Shown: piece by piece, positions 57,201-64,000 of the stretch
Layout: each line of letters begins with the position of its first letter
Numbering within the stretch: position 1 is the first letter of the stretch
From: Prosthecobacter sp.
GTDB taxonomy: Bacteria; Verrucomicrobiota; Verrucomicrobiia; Verrucomicrobiales; Verrucomicrobiaceae
NCBI GenBank assembly: GCA_030827515.1
Contig: JAUREI010000002.1
Span: forward strand, 3,053 to 67,052
Direction of reading: 5' to 3'
DNA length: 64,000 nucleotides
Program-made: the position numbers and the translations under genes
The notes under the pieces: model-generated
Told to the model about the DNA's origin: nothing
Seen by the model: the letters and a program-made list of their open reading frames with translations, nothing else
Databases searched by the model: none

Positions 57201-57281
57201 ATCGCGGCGCCCGAAGCCGCTGCCGCCGCCCAACTTGCCCTTGCCCTGCTCAATCACGACGCCTGCGTCGTCAAACGCTGA
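54213..57281 (+). CDS. Planctomycete cytochrome c + DUF1549 + LamG/concanavalin-like + DUF1553 secreted protein
   Basis: RFNRDIRPILSDKCFHCH, GERMAADWLDLARYADS, FECARCHDHKYDP, LamG (FSVSLWLQ...EWVHVVVT...LRLYING...GLIDDFRVF), HPLTARVTVNRLW, TDSPLQALILLN. Confidence 0.93.
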   Translation: MRKRQIHAWGLLLGALLSPAGPELSAADKLRFNRDIRPILSDKCFHCHGFDPKNRKAGLRLDTFEGATADGGIVAGQAERSGVLERVLSHDPDEVMPPPESKLGRLSEVEIDTLRRWINEGAEYEAHWAFVPLQKPQLDAWLRTASSEGKKTPIDSLVTVGLRERGLSLQSAADDATLARRISFDLTGLPPTEAELADLAAGRIDLEAFTHRKLASPAYGERMAADWLDLARYADSYGFQVDREREVWMWRDWVVGAFNANLPFDQFLTWQLAGDLLPGATDEQVLATAFNRLHQQESEGGSVEEEYRVEYVADRVQTVATAFLGLTFECARCHDHKYDPISQREYYGLGSFFQNIDEAGLYSFFTPSPPTPTLLLMDEPAKATLAGLQARVGALEERVGAMEPLDRIALRDGVPVELQGQLAHYAFDHLDGNKLADSLHPEPTPPKKKPDPKSKPPASPSAMLKGENRLVPGRIGQAVQFTGDDPVTTPVGNFHRHDPFSVSLWLQTPDVKERAVVFHRSRAWTDAASRGYELLLEEGRLKWSLIHFWPGNAISVRVRDPLPAGEWVHVVVTNDGSSRASGLRLYINGTLVPVDVVRDHLTQDITGGGGDTIALGERSRDRGFKGGLIDDFRVFSRDLSQPPRPGLEPALSELRAARAELTEFSGRQKEIMVMRELPEPKTAYVLTRGEYDKRGEEVVAMTPASLPAFPADAPRNRLGLARWLTDPGHPLTARVTVNRLWQSLFGRGLVKTSEDFGSQGEKPLHPELLDYLALRLIHGGWDLKALLREIVSSDVYRQEAIAAANVMADDPENQWLARGPSFRLPAEMIRDNALAASGLLDPTLGGPPVNPYELAEAFKPFTLAKSGSTLHRRSLYTTWRRTSPPPAMLAFDAPRRAVCAAKRERTDSPLQALILLNGVQFVEAARVLGTSLYRDHHGNVDAMIHHGFLRCLSRPPDARELEICRRLHAEQLAHYRTRPQEAEQLLKHGVAPAEPGIAAPEAAAAAQLALALLNHDACVVKR

Positions 57282-57292
57282 CCCAGACCGCC

Positions 57293-58732
57293 ATGAACCC
57301 ATCCACGCATTCCGATCCCGTCCCGGCGCGTCTTCTCAACCGCCGCCAATGGCTGAACCGTTCCGGATTGGGCCTGGGCGGCATCGCCCTGGCTGAACTC
57401 CTCGCCGGGGAGCAGGCCCAGGCGGCCGGCGTTTTGGGCGGCACGCACTGGGCGCCGAAGGCAAAGCGCATCATCTACCTGTTCATGTCGGGCGGGCCCT
57501 CCCACCTCGATCTGTTGGATTACAAGCCGTTGCTCAACCAGCGCCATGGCGAGCAGTTGCCCGACAGTGTGCGCGGCGGCCAGCGGCTCACGGGCATGTC
57601 GGGCAACCAGTCGTCGATTCCGATGGTGGGATCGCCCTTCAAGTTCGCGCAGCACGGGCGCGCCGGTGCCTGGTTCAGCGAACTGCTTCCGCACACGGCC
57701 TCCATCGCCGACGACCTTTGCGTCGTGAATTCGATGTTCACCGAGAGCATCAATCACGGTCCTGGAGTCACCTTTTTCCAGACCGGTTCGCAAATTGCCG
57801 GACGGCCGAGCATGGGTGCCTGGCTCAGCTATGGTCTGGGTTCGGAGAATGCCAATCTGCCTGCCTTCACCGTCCTCATCACCCAAGGCAAGGGAGGGCA
57901 GCCACTTGGGGCCCATCTCTGGGGCAGTGGCTTCCTGCCGAGCCGCCATCAGGGTGTGCTCTTCCGCGCTGCCAAGGACCCGGTGCTCTACTTGGGCAAT
58001 CCGCCCGGCGTTGACCCCGCCGGCCGTCGCCTGCTGCTGGATCGACTCCGGGAACTGCATGAACATCAGTTTGCGGGCACGCCGGATGTCGAGATCCACA
58101 ATCGCATGGACCACTACGAGATGGCCTGGCGCATGCAGAGCAGCATTCCCGAGGCCACGGGCATCGAGGACGAACTGCAGCACGTGCTGGACCTGTACGG
58201 GCCGGATGTGAAGACGCCGGGAACGTTTGCCGCGAACTGTCTGCAGGCCCGTCGTCTGGCCGAACGCGGGGTCCGCTTCATCCAGTTGTATCACCAGGAC
58301 TGGGATCACCATGGCGGCCTGCCGGGAGCGCTGCCGCGTCTGTGCAGGGAAACCGACCAGCCCGCCGCGGCCCTGATCAAGGACCTCAAGCAACGCGGCC
58401 TGTTGGATGACACTCTGGTGGTCTGGGGCGGCGAATTTGGCCGGACAAATTATTGTCAGGGCAAAATTCAGGCGAACTTCGGCCGCGACCATCATCCCCG
58501 TTGCTTCACGGCCTGGATGGCCGGTGGCGGCGTCAAGGCCGGCTCGGTCTTCGGCGAGACCGACGAGTTCGGTTACAACATTGTTCGCGATGGCGTCCAC
58601 ATCCACGATTTCCACGCCACCCTGATGCATCTGCTTGGGATCGATCACGAACGTCTGACCTACAAGTTCCAGGGAAGACGCTACCGCCTGACCGACATCC
58701 ACGGCCATGTGGTCAAGGGACTGCTGGCCTGA
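57293..58732 (+). CDS. DUF1501 domain protein (Tat-exported)
   Basis: NRRQWL, AKRIIYLFMSGGPSHLDLLDYKP, GRPSMGAW, WDHHG, WGGEFGRT, GRDHHP, HIHDFHAT. Confidence 0.93.
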   Translation: MNPSTHSDPVPARLLNRRQWLNRSGLGLGGIALAELLAGEQAQAAGVLGGTHWAPKAKRIIYLFMSGGPSHLDLLDYKPLLNQRHGEQLPDSVRGGQRLTGMSGNQSSIPMVGSPFKFAQHGRAGAWFSELLPHTASIADDLCVVNSMFTESINHGPGVTFFQTGSQIAGRPSMGAWLSYGLGSENANLPAFTVLITQGKGGQPLGAHLWGSGFLPSRHQGVLFRAAKDPVLYLGNPPGVDPAGRRLLLDRLRELHEHQFAGTPDVEIHNRMDHYEMAWRMQSSIPEATGIEDELQHVLDLYGPDVKTPGTFAANCLQARRLAERGVRFIQLYHQDWDHHGGLPGALPRLCRETDQPAAALIKDLKQRGLLDDTLVVWGGEFGRTNYCQGKIQANFGRDHHPRCFTAWMAGGGVKAGSVFGETDEFGYNIVRDGVHIHDFHATLMHLLGIDHERLTYKFQGRRYRLTDIHGHVVKGLLA

Positions 58733-58744
58733 TCGGGGCAAAAG

Positions 58745-58770
58745 AAAAGGCGGGCTCGCGCCCGCCTTTT
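58745..58770. terminator. Bidirectional intrinsic terminator
   Basis: AAAAGGCGGGC-TCGC-GCCCGCCTTTT between the convergent DUF1501 and tsf genes. Confidence 0.88.
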
Positions 58771-58795
58771 CGTGAATGGATGGGTTGTCCGTGGA

Positions 58796-59392
58796 TCAGA
58801 TTTCCTCGCCCACCGCGTAGCGGGTGAAGCGGCGGACGACGAGGTTTTCGCCAAGCTCGGCGACCTTGCCCTTGATCAGGTCCCCGATGCTGATGTCGGG
58901 GTTCTTGATGAAGGCCTGCTCAAGAAGGCAATGGTCGGCGTAGAACTTGTCCATCTTGCCGTCGACAATCTTCTGGACGATGTTGTCAGGCTTGCCCTTG
59001 ACCTGCTCGGCGGCGATTTCGCGTTCCTTGGCGACCAGATCGGCCGGGACGTCGTCACGGCTGAGGTGGCGCGGGTTGGCGGCGGCGATGTGCAGGGAGA
59101 TGTCCTTGACGAGCGCCTGGAAGTTTTCGTTGCGGGCGACAAAGTCGGTCTCGCAGTTCACTTCGATGAGCACGCCGATGCGGCCGGCCATGTGGATGTA
59201 GGAGGCGATGACGCCTTCCTTGGTCTGGCGGTCGGCCTTCTTCTCTGCCTTGATGGTGCCCTTCTTGCGCAGGATGGTCTCGGCCTTTTCAAGGTCGCCA
59301 TCGGCTTCCTTGAGGGCGGCCTTGCATTCCATCATGCCCGCGTTGGTCTTTTCACGCAGGGTCTGAACGAGTTTGGCGGTGATTTCTGCCAT
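58796..59392 (-). CDS. tsf: Elongation factor Ts (short form)
   Basis: ITAKLVQTLREKTNAGMMECKAAL, IEVNCETDFVA, LGENLVVRRFTRY. 198 aa. Confidence 0.97.
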   Translation of the reverse strand: MAEITAKLVQTLREKTNAGMMECKAALKEADGDLEKAETILRKKGTIKAEKKADRQTKEGVIASYIHMAGRIGVLIEVNCETDFVARNENFQALVKDISLHIAAANPRHLSRDDVPADLVAKEREIAAEQVKGKPDNIVQKIVDGKMDKFYADHCLLEQAFIKNPDISIGDLIKGKVAELGENLVVRRFTRYAVGEEI

Positions 59393-59419
59393 GGTGTGGT
59401 CGGGTCGGGGTCTTGGGGG

Positions 59420-60109
59420 TTACTTCTTGGCGTCGGCCATGGCCGTGATCACCGGGTCAATCAGCTTCTGCAGGATGATGCGGATCGAGCGGATGGCGTC
59501 ATCGTTGGCGGCGATCGGGTAGTCGATGATGTCCGGGTCGGCATTGGTGTCGACCAGGGCGACGATCGGGATGTTGAGGCGGCGGGCTTCATGGACGGCG
59601 ATGTGCTCGCGGGCCGAGTCGACGATGACGACGGCGTCCGGATATTTGTCCATGCCGCGCACGCCGCGCAGGTTGCGCTCAAGCTTGATGCGCTCGCGGT
59701 TGAGGCTGGCGAGCTCCTTCTTGGACATCATCTTGAATTCCGGCTTCTTCTCGATCTCCTCAAGGTAGTTGAGGCGGGCGACGCTCTTGCGGATGGTTTC
59801 CAGGTTGGTCAGCGTGCCGCCGAGCCAGCGGTGGTTGACGTAGAACTGGCCGCAGGCCTCGGCAGCCTCACGGATGGCCTCCTGGGCCTGGCGCTTGCAG
59901 CCGACGAAGAGGATGCGCTTGTTCTTGCGGGCGAGGTCGGCCAGGAATTCGGCGGCGTTGGCGACCTGGGTGACGGTCTCCTCGATGTTGAGGATGTGGA
60001 TCTGGTTGCGGGACTCCAGGATGAAGGGCTTCATCTTGGGGTTCCAGCGACGGGTTTGGTGGCCGAAATGGACTCCGGCTTCGACGAGTTCAGCGAGGGC
60101 TTGGGACAT
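59420..60109 (-). CDS. rpsB: 30S ribosomal protein S2
   Basis: [43 protein letters not shown]. Confidence 0.98.
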   Translation of the reverse strand: MSQALAELVEAGVHFGHQTRRWNPKMKPFILESRNQIHILNIEETVTQVANAAEFLADLARKNKRILFVGCKRQAQEAIREAAEACGQFYVNHRWLGGTLTNLETIRKSVARLNYLEEIEKKPEFKMMSKKELASLNRERIKLERNLRGVRGMDKYPDAVVIVDSAREHIAVHEARRLNIPIVALVDTNADPDIIDYPIAANDDAIRSIRIILQKLIDPVITAMADAKK

Positions 60110-60227
60110 GTGGATGGGGGTGCCTGCTCCTGCACGTCCTGAGGACGCTCGACGCATGGGGCGCCGATCCAGGGGCGGGGCGTTGTGGTTAAACCCCATG
60201 CGCCGGCAACCGCGCCGGACGAACGGG
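60110..60227 (-). promoter_or_regulatory. Structured 5' leader of rpsB-tsf (candidate S2 autoregulatory element)
   Basis: 9-bp stem 60153-60161/60194-60202 and hairpin CGTCC-TGA-GGACG at 60135-60147. A promoter lies directly upstream. Confidence 0.45.
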
Positions 60228-60233
60228 GGCGGG

Positions 60234-60261
60234 ACAGTAGGGGGCTGGGGGGAATCGGCAA
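60234..60261 (-). promoter_or_regulatory. Candidate sigma70 promoter of rpsB
   Basis: Minus strand TTGCCG-16-TACTGT. Confidence 0.55.
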
Positions 60262-60268
60262 GCGCTTT

Positions 60269-61483
60269 TTACTGCCCGGCCGCGGCTGCCCGGTTTGGCC
60301 GCCGCCAGCGCAGTCGCGCCAGCAGGACGTCGCCGCCACGGGACAATTGCCGTGGGTGCCATTCGCCAACGGTGACCCAGGATTCCTCCGGGGAGGCTTG
60401 GATGACGTGGAAATTGCCCATCAGGGCGACCCCATCGGGCGCGTTGACGCCGTCGCCGACCAGGGGCAACACGACGCGTTCGGTCGCCCGCAGCAGCCGC
60501 AGGGTGTCGGGATCGACCTGGGCCATCCACAGGGGGGACCGCCAGCGTGTGACGTTGGTGTTGCTGGCATCGCGCCGGGTGTAGACCAGAAACAGGGCCT
60601 CCGAGTGGACCAGCCAGTGTTGCTGGGTGGTGGACATTTCAAGTGCCTCGCCATCGTCCCAGGTCCAGGGCCGGTGCGGTGCGTAGCGCAGGCCGTCCGG
60701 GCTCGTGCTGACGTAGCCGCGGCCGTCCTCGGCTCGCAGGGTCAGAAAAAACCGGCCGTCGAAGCGGGCAACGGAGGGTTCGAGCAGCCCGCGGCCGTGG
60801 GGATGTTCCAGTGCCGGTCCGACTTCCTGAACGCGCAGGATCCCGTCCTCGAAGGTGCTAATGACCCCGCTGACGGCACGCGGCTGGCCCTGGGCGCCGT
60901 GGGTGAAGGCCATGGCGATGCGGCCGTCCTCCAGATTGACGCGCTGGCCGCAGTTGTTGGAATAGATTTCACTGCCGCGCGGGTCGTCCCATTCCAATTT
61001 GCGACGCGGCCCCCACGCCCCGTCCTTCCAGACCGCATACACCGGCCAGCGCGGCGGCTGATTTTTGGAGAACCCGGGCCCGGTGTAAAAAACGTTGTGG
61101 CCGAGGGCCAGCAGGCTGCCGCTTGCGGCATGCCATTCCGGAACCACATCACAGACTCCCTCCACCAGGGGGTCCTTCACGGTCACCCGCCCGAGCGGCG
61201 GCACGGGTTGTGGAGGCGACCAATGGCGGCCGAGGTCGCCACTGGTCGTGGCATGCACGGGGCCGAAGTCGTCCGAGCCCAGAATGGGCTGCAGCGTCAT
61301 GAAGATCCGGCCATCCGGAAGCCGGCAGGGACGCGGATGAAACCAGTTGGTGCCGGCGCCGTCCCGTCCGTGCAACAGGACTTCGCGGTTGACCGAGACC
61401 AGCAGATCCCCTGATGTGGAACCGGCAAGGGGGGTGCCCGCGGCCAGGGCGCCGAGTTGTTGCAGCAGTTGGCGGCGTCGCAT
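60269..61483 (-). CDS. Exported sialidase-like (Asp-box/BNR) beta-propeller protein
   Basis: MRRRQLL Tat-like start, WFHPR, Asp-box SGDLGRHW, degenerate STSPDGLRY, LLEPSVARF, LTLRAEDG. Confidence 0.75.
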   Translation of the reverse strand: MRRRQLLQQLGALAAGTPLAGSTSGDLLVSVNREVLLHGRDGAGTNWFHPRPCRLPDGRIFMTLQPILGSDDFGPVHATTSGDLGRHWSPPQPVPPLGRVTVKDPLVEGVCDVVPEWHAASGSLLALGHNVFYTGPGFSKNQPPRWPVYAVWKDGAWGPRRKLEWDDPRGSEIYSNNCGQRVNLEDGRIAMAFTHGAQGQPRAVSGVISTFEDGILRVQEVGPALEHPHGRGLLEPSVARFDGRFFLTLRAEDGRGYVSTSPDGLRYAPHRPWTWDDGEALEMSTTQQHWLVHSEALFLVYTRRDASNTNVTRWRSPLWMAQVDPDTLRLLRATERVVLPLVGDGVNAPDGVALMGNFHVIQASPEESWVTVGEWHPRQLSRGGDVLLARLRWRRPNRAAAAGQ

Positions 61484-61588
61484 GGGGGATTCTTGGCAGC
61501 TCGAAGGCCGGAGTCCACCGCAAAACCATTCCCGTTGGTCGGGCATCCCCGGACACCCCCTTTTCTGGCCTCGCGCCTTGGAGAGCCG

Positions 61589-61614
61589 TGCAACATTCAG
61601 GGCGGACCCTCGTT
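61589..61614 (+). promoter_or_regulatory. Candidate ECF-sigma promoter
   Basis: TGCAAC-16-CGTT, 11 nt before the ATG at 61626. Confidence 0.4.
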
Positions 61615-61625
61615 TCCGAACGTCC

Positions 61626-62342
61626 ATGAAATCGCCCTTACTCCTTCTGCTCGCCGCCGCCGGTCTGGTCCATGCGGCGGATGACAAACCCCTCCTCGCC
61701 ATTCCTGGCCAAGTGATCTTCGAAAGTAAACTCGACGGCACGCCGGGGTCACCCTGGAAGTTTGCCAAGGGCAAATGGGAGTTGGTGGACGGGGTGATGC
61801 GCGGGGCGGAACTCGAAGCCGACAAGCACGGCGCCGTGGCGCGCCTGCCCAACCAGCTCAAGGACTTCATCATGGAGTATGAATTCAAGCTGGAGGGTGC
61901 GCGCACGACCAGCCTTTCCATCAATGCCGTGAAGGATCACATGGCGCGCATCCTCGTCACCCCGAAGTCGGTGACCCTCCAGCGGGATGACAACGACCAC
62001 GAGGGGCCGGACAAGGCCGTCGTTTTCGCCCGTTTTCCCGCCGACATCCAGCCGGGTGTCTGGCACAAGGTGCGCCTGGAGATGGTTGGAGACCTGATGC
62101 TCGGGCGCGTCGATGAACTGACCGCCTGGGGGGCCAGCGACCTGTTTGCCACGCCGAAGGCGGCACCCGGCTTCACGGTTGCCGGTGAATCGGCCGACTT
62201 TCGCAATCTGGTGATCCGTGAGGCCTCGCTGAATCCTGAATGGGACAGCGTCAAGGCCGGCCTGCCCAAACCCGGAGAGAAGGTGGCGCCCGCCGCCGCG
62301 CCCGCGAAGGGCAAGGGGAAGGCCAAGAAAAAGGCTCCCTGA
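61626..62342 (+). CDS. Secreted DUF1080-like beta-sandwich protein with Lys/Ala tail
   Basis: Signal peptide ending LVHA. GKWELVDGVMRG, DFIMEYEFKL, GVWHKVRLEM, ADFRNLVI. Tail AAAPAKGKGKAKKKAP. Confidence 0.72.
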   Translation: MKSPLLLLLAAAGLVHAADDKPLLAIPGQVIFESKLDGTPGSPWKFAKGKWELVDGVMRGAELEADKHGAVARLPNQLKDFIMEYEFKLEGARTTSLSINAVKDHMARILVTPKSVTLQRDDNDHEGPDKAVVFARFPADIQPGVWHKVRLEMVGDLMLGRVDELTAWGASDLFATPKAAPGFTVAGESADFRNLVIREASLNPEWDSVKAGLPKPGEKVAPAAAPAKGKGKAKKKAP

Positions 62343-62397
62343 AGGCAACTGGATTTTCGCATTTCGAAACTCCATTTTTCGCCTTTAGTCGGCCTGC

Positions 62398-63081
62398 ATG
62401 GCCCGGACCCTCGTTCTTCTCAGTGGCGGCATGGACTCCGTCGCCGCGCTCCACTGGGCGCGGCGTGAGGGGGAGGTTGTCGGCGCGCTCAGCTTCGATT
62501 ACGGCGCGAAGCACAATGCCTGCGAGTTGGCCTGTGCGGCCTGGCAGTGCAGTCAGCTGGGCGTGCCGCACGAGGCGGTGAGTCTCCCCTTCATCAACGA
62601 CCTGTTCACCTCCGATCTGCTGTGCAGCGGCGGGGAGATTCCGGATGGTCACTACGCCGATGAAACCATGCGCCGCACCGTGGTGCCCTTCCGCAACGGC
62701 ATCCTGCTCGCCATCGCCTGTGGCTTGGCGGAGAGCCGGGGTGCCGAGGCGGTGGTGATTGCCGCCCACTCCGGCGACCACGCGATTTATCCCGATTGCC
62801 GCGAGCCCTTCATGCAGGCGATGGCCACGGCCATGCGCGAGGGAAGCTACGCCAGGATTGAACTGCTGCGGCCGTTCATCCGGCTCGACAAGGCGGCGAT
62901 CGCCCGGCTCGGTCATGAGCTGGGGGTGGACTTCAGTCACACCTGGAGTTGTTACAAGGGCGGTGAGCGGCACTGCGGCACCTGCGGGACCTGCGTGGAA
63001 CGGCGCGAGGCCTTCCAGCAGGCCGGCTTGGTGGATCCGACGGAATACCTCCATGAAACGCCCCTGCCGCCGGCACCCTGA
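62398..63081 (+). CDS. queC: 7-cyano-7-deazaguanine synthase
   Basis: LLSGGMDS, FDYGAKH, TVVPFRNGILL, YPDCREPF, TWSCYKG...CGTCGTCVER. Confidence 0.96.
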   Translation: MARTLVLLSGGMDSVAALHWARREGEVVGALSFDYGAKHNACELACAAWQCSQLGVPHEAVSLPFINDLFTSDLLCSGGEIPDGHYADETMRRTVVPFRNGILLAIACGLAESRGAEAVVIAAHSGDHAIYPDCREPFMQAMATAMREGSYARIELLRPFIRLDKAAIARLGHELGVDFSHTWSCYKGGERHCGTCGTCVERREAFQQAGLVDPTEYLHETPLPPAP

Positions 63082-63087
63082 ACGGGA

Positions 63088-63909
63088 TCATTGACCGGGC
63101 AGAGGCGCGGGCGTGCGGGGTTCTTCGATGAAGGTGGGGGACGGTGGGGTTGTCGGCGCGGCGCCGTTGACGGGCGCGGGCGTGCCCGGTGCCGGCGGAC
63201 CGGTTTCGGCAGCGAGTTTGGCGGCCTCCTCCTCGGCTTTTTTCTTCGCGGCGGCAAGCCTGGCTGCGTTGGCTTTGGCCTTTTCCGCCGACTGTTTCAG
63301 GTAGCTGGCGTAGTCGGGACCACTGCCGGTGATGGTGACCGGGGTGCCGATGGTGATGTGGCGATAGATGTGTCCGGCAACGCCGGACGGCATGCGGATG
63401 CACCCGTGCGAGGCGCGTTTGCCGGGGCGCGGAATCGGCCCGATGTGCATGCCGACGCCATCCGTGGTCAGGCGCAGGAAGTAGGTCATCTTGGCTGGCT
63501 CAAAGCGGCCGCCGGGGGGCAGCAGGTCGCGACCCTGCTTGAAGTCGGAATTGACCAGTTTGCCGTCGGCGTCATAGCCCTTGCCGTAGAGGTTCGAGAC
63601 CTTGTCGGCGACTTTTTCCAGCACCTTGAATTCACCGGTGGGTGTCGGAAAGCTGGTGATGCCGGTGGCGACGTAGGTCCAGCCAATCTCCTCATTGCCA
63701 TGGAACAGACGGGCCTTCTGTTCATCCACATTGATGACGATGCTGCTGATGGCCTTGCCATCGCCCTTCCATTCGAAGAGCGCCGCCGGCTTGCCAGGCT
63801 CCGGCGAGGGAGGTGGCGGTGGGGGCGGGGGCGGACTCTTGCAGGCGGCCAGACTGAGTAGGCAACCGACCAGACCGGCCCGGAACAACTTGGGCAGGGG
63901 GAGATGCAT
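63088..63909 (-). CDS. L,D-transpeptidase (YkuD) lipoprotein
   Basis: Lipobox LAAC and a poly-Pro linker. VATGITSFPTPTGEF, VGMHIG, RASHGCIRM (catalytic His/Cys). Confidence 0.92.
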   Translation of the reverse strand: MHLPLPKLFRAGLVGCLLSLAACKSPPPPPPPPPSPEPGKPAALFEWKGDGKAISSIVINVDEQKARLFHGNEEIGWTYVATGITSFPTPTGEFKVLEKVADKVSNLYGKGYDADGKLVNSDFKQGRDLLPPGGRFEPAKMTYFLRLTTDGVGMHIGPIPRPGKRASHGCIRMPSGVAGHIYRHITIGTPVTITGSGPDYASYLKQSAEKAKANAARLAAAKKKAEEEAAKLAAETGPPAPGTPAPVNGAAPTTPPSPTFIEEPRTPAPLPGQ

Positions 63910-63915
63910 TAAGTC

Positions 63916-63943
63916 AACATACCCGCAAATGCGCTGGCATCAA
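63916..63943 (-). promoter_or_regulatory. Candidate sigma70 promoter of the L,D-transpeptidase gene
   Basis: Minus strand TTGATG-16-TATGTT, 6 nt before the ATG. Confidence 0.55.
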
Positions 63944-64000
63944 GACGGACTGGGGCAGAGTGCCAGAACCTCTGCGGGTGCATGCACCAGGTGGTCTGCT

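Noticed and set aside
1-64000. CRISPR arrays, tRNA/rRNA genes, IS elements, integrases, known anti-phage systems
   Set aside because: No regularly spaced repeats, T-loop/CCA signatures, transposase motifs or defence-domain motifs found by eye. A tRNAscan/Infernal/DefenseFinder run would be needed to confirm absence.

Overview
GC-rich (roughly 65% by eye) chromosomal window from a Verrucomicrobiota bacterium, most like Verrucomicrobiaceae/Prosthecobacter. The evidence for that placement is a Verru_Chthon pilin-like cassette, two DUF1549/DUF1553 + DUF1501 gene pairs, DUF1080 proteins and SD-less, C-rich start contexts. About 50 CDS are supported. Most are housekeeping: guaB, guaA, ppk1, lspA, a class A PBP, ruvC, cdd, miaB, gltB, a Dus-family gene, ddl, rsmD, lnt, tsf, rpsB, queC and an L,D-transpeptidase. 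These are interleaved with PVC-type secreted proteins of unknown function. I saw no rRNA, tRNA, CRISPR array, integrase or transposase. The best candidates for something undescribed are: (1) a self-contained two-gene unit at 26862-27540, with a ribbon-helix-helix-like protein, a 67-aa partner ending in a ClpX-type -LAA, its own terminator and a 34%-GC promoter region full of dyads; (2) a back-to-back junction of two start-less gene 3' ends at 22783-23435, a likely deletion scar; (3) an uncharacterised secreted beta-propeller + Ig-like gene pair at 31542-33738; (4) a secreted vanadium haloperoxidase-family protein with a 50-aa insertion; (5) an A-C-D pilin cassette with no B gene between A and C. 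Family assignments rest on motifs recognised by eye and no database search was run. Start codons were re-chosen by eye from the ORF track.
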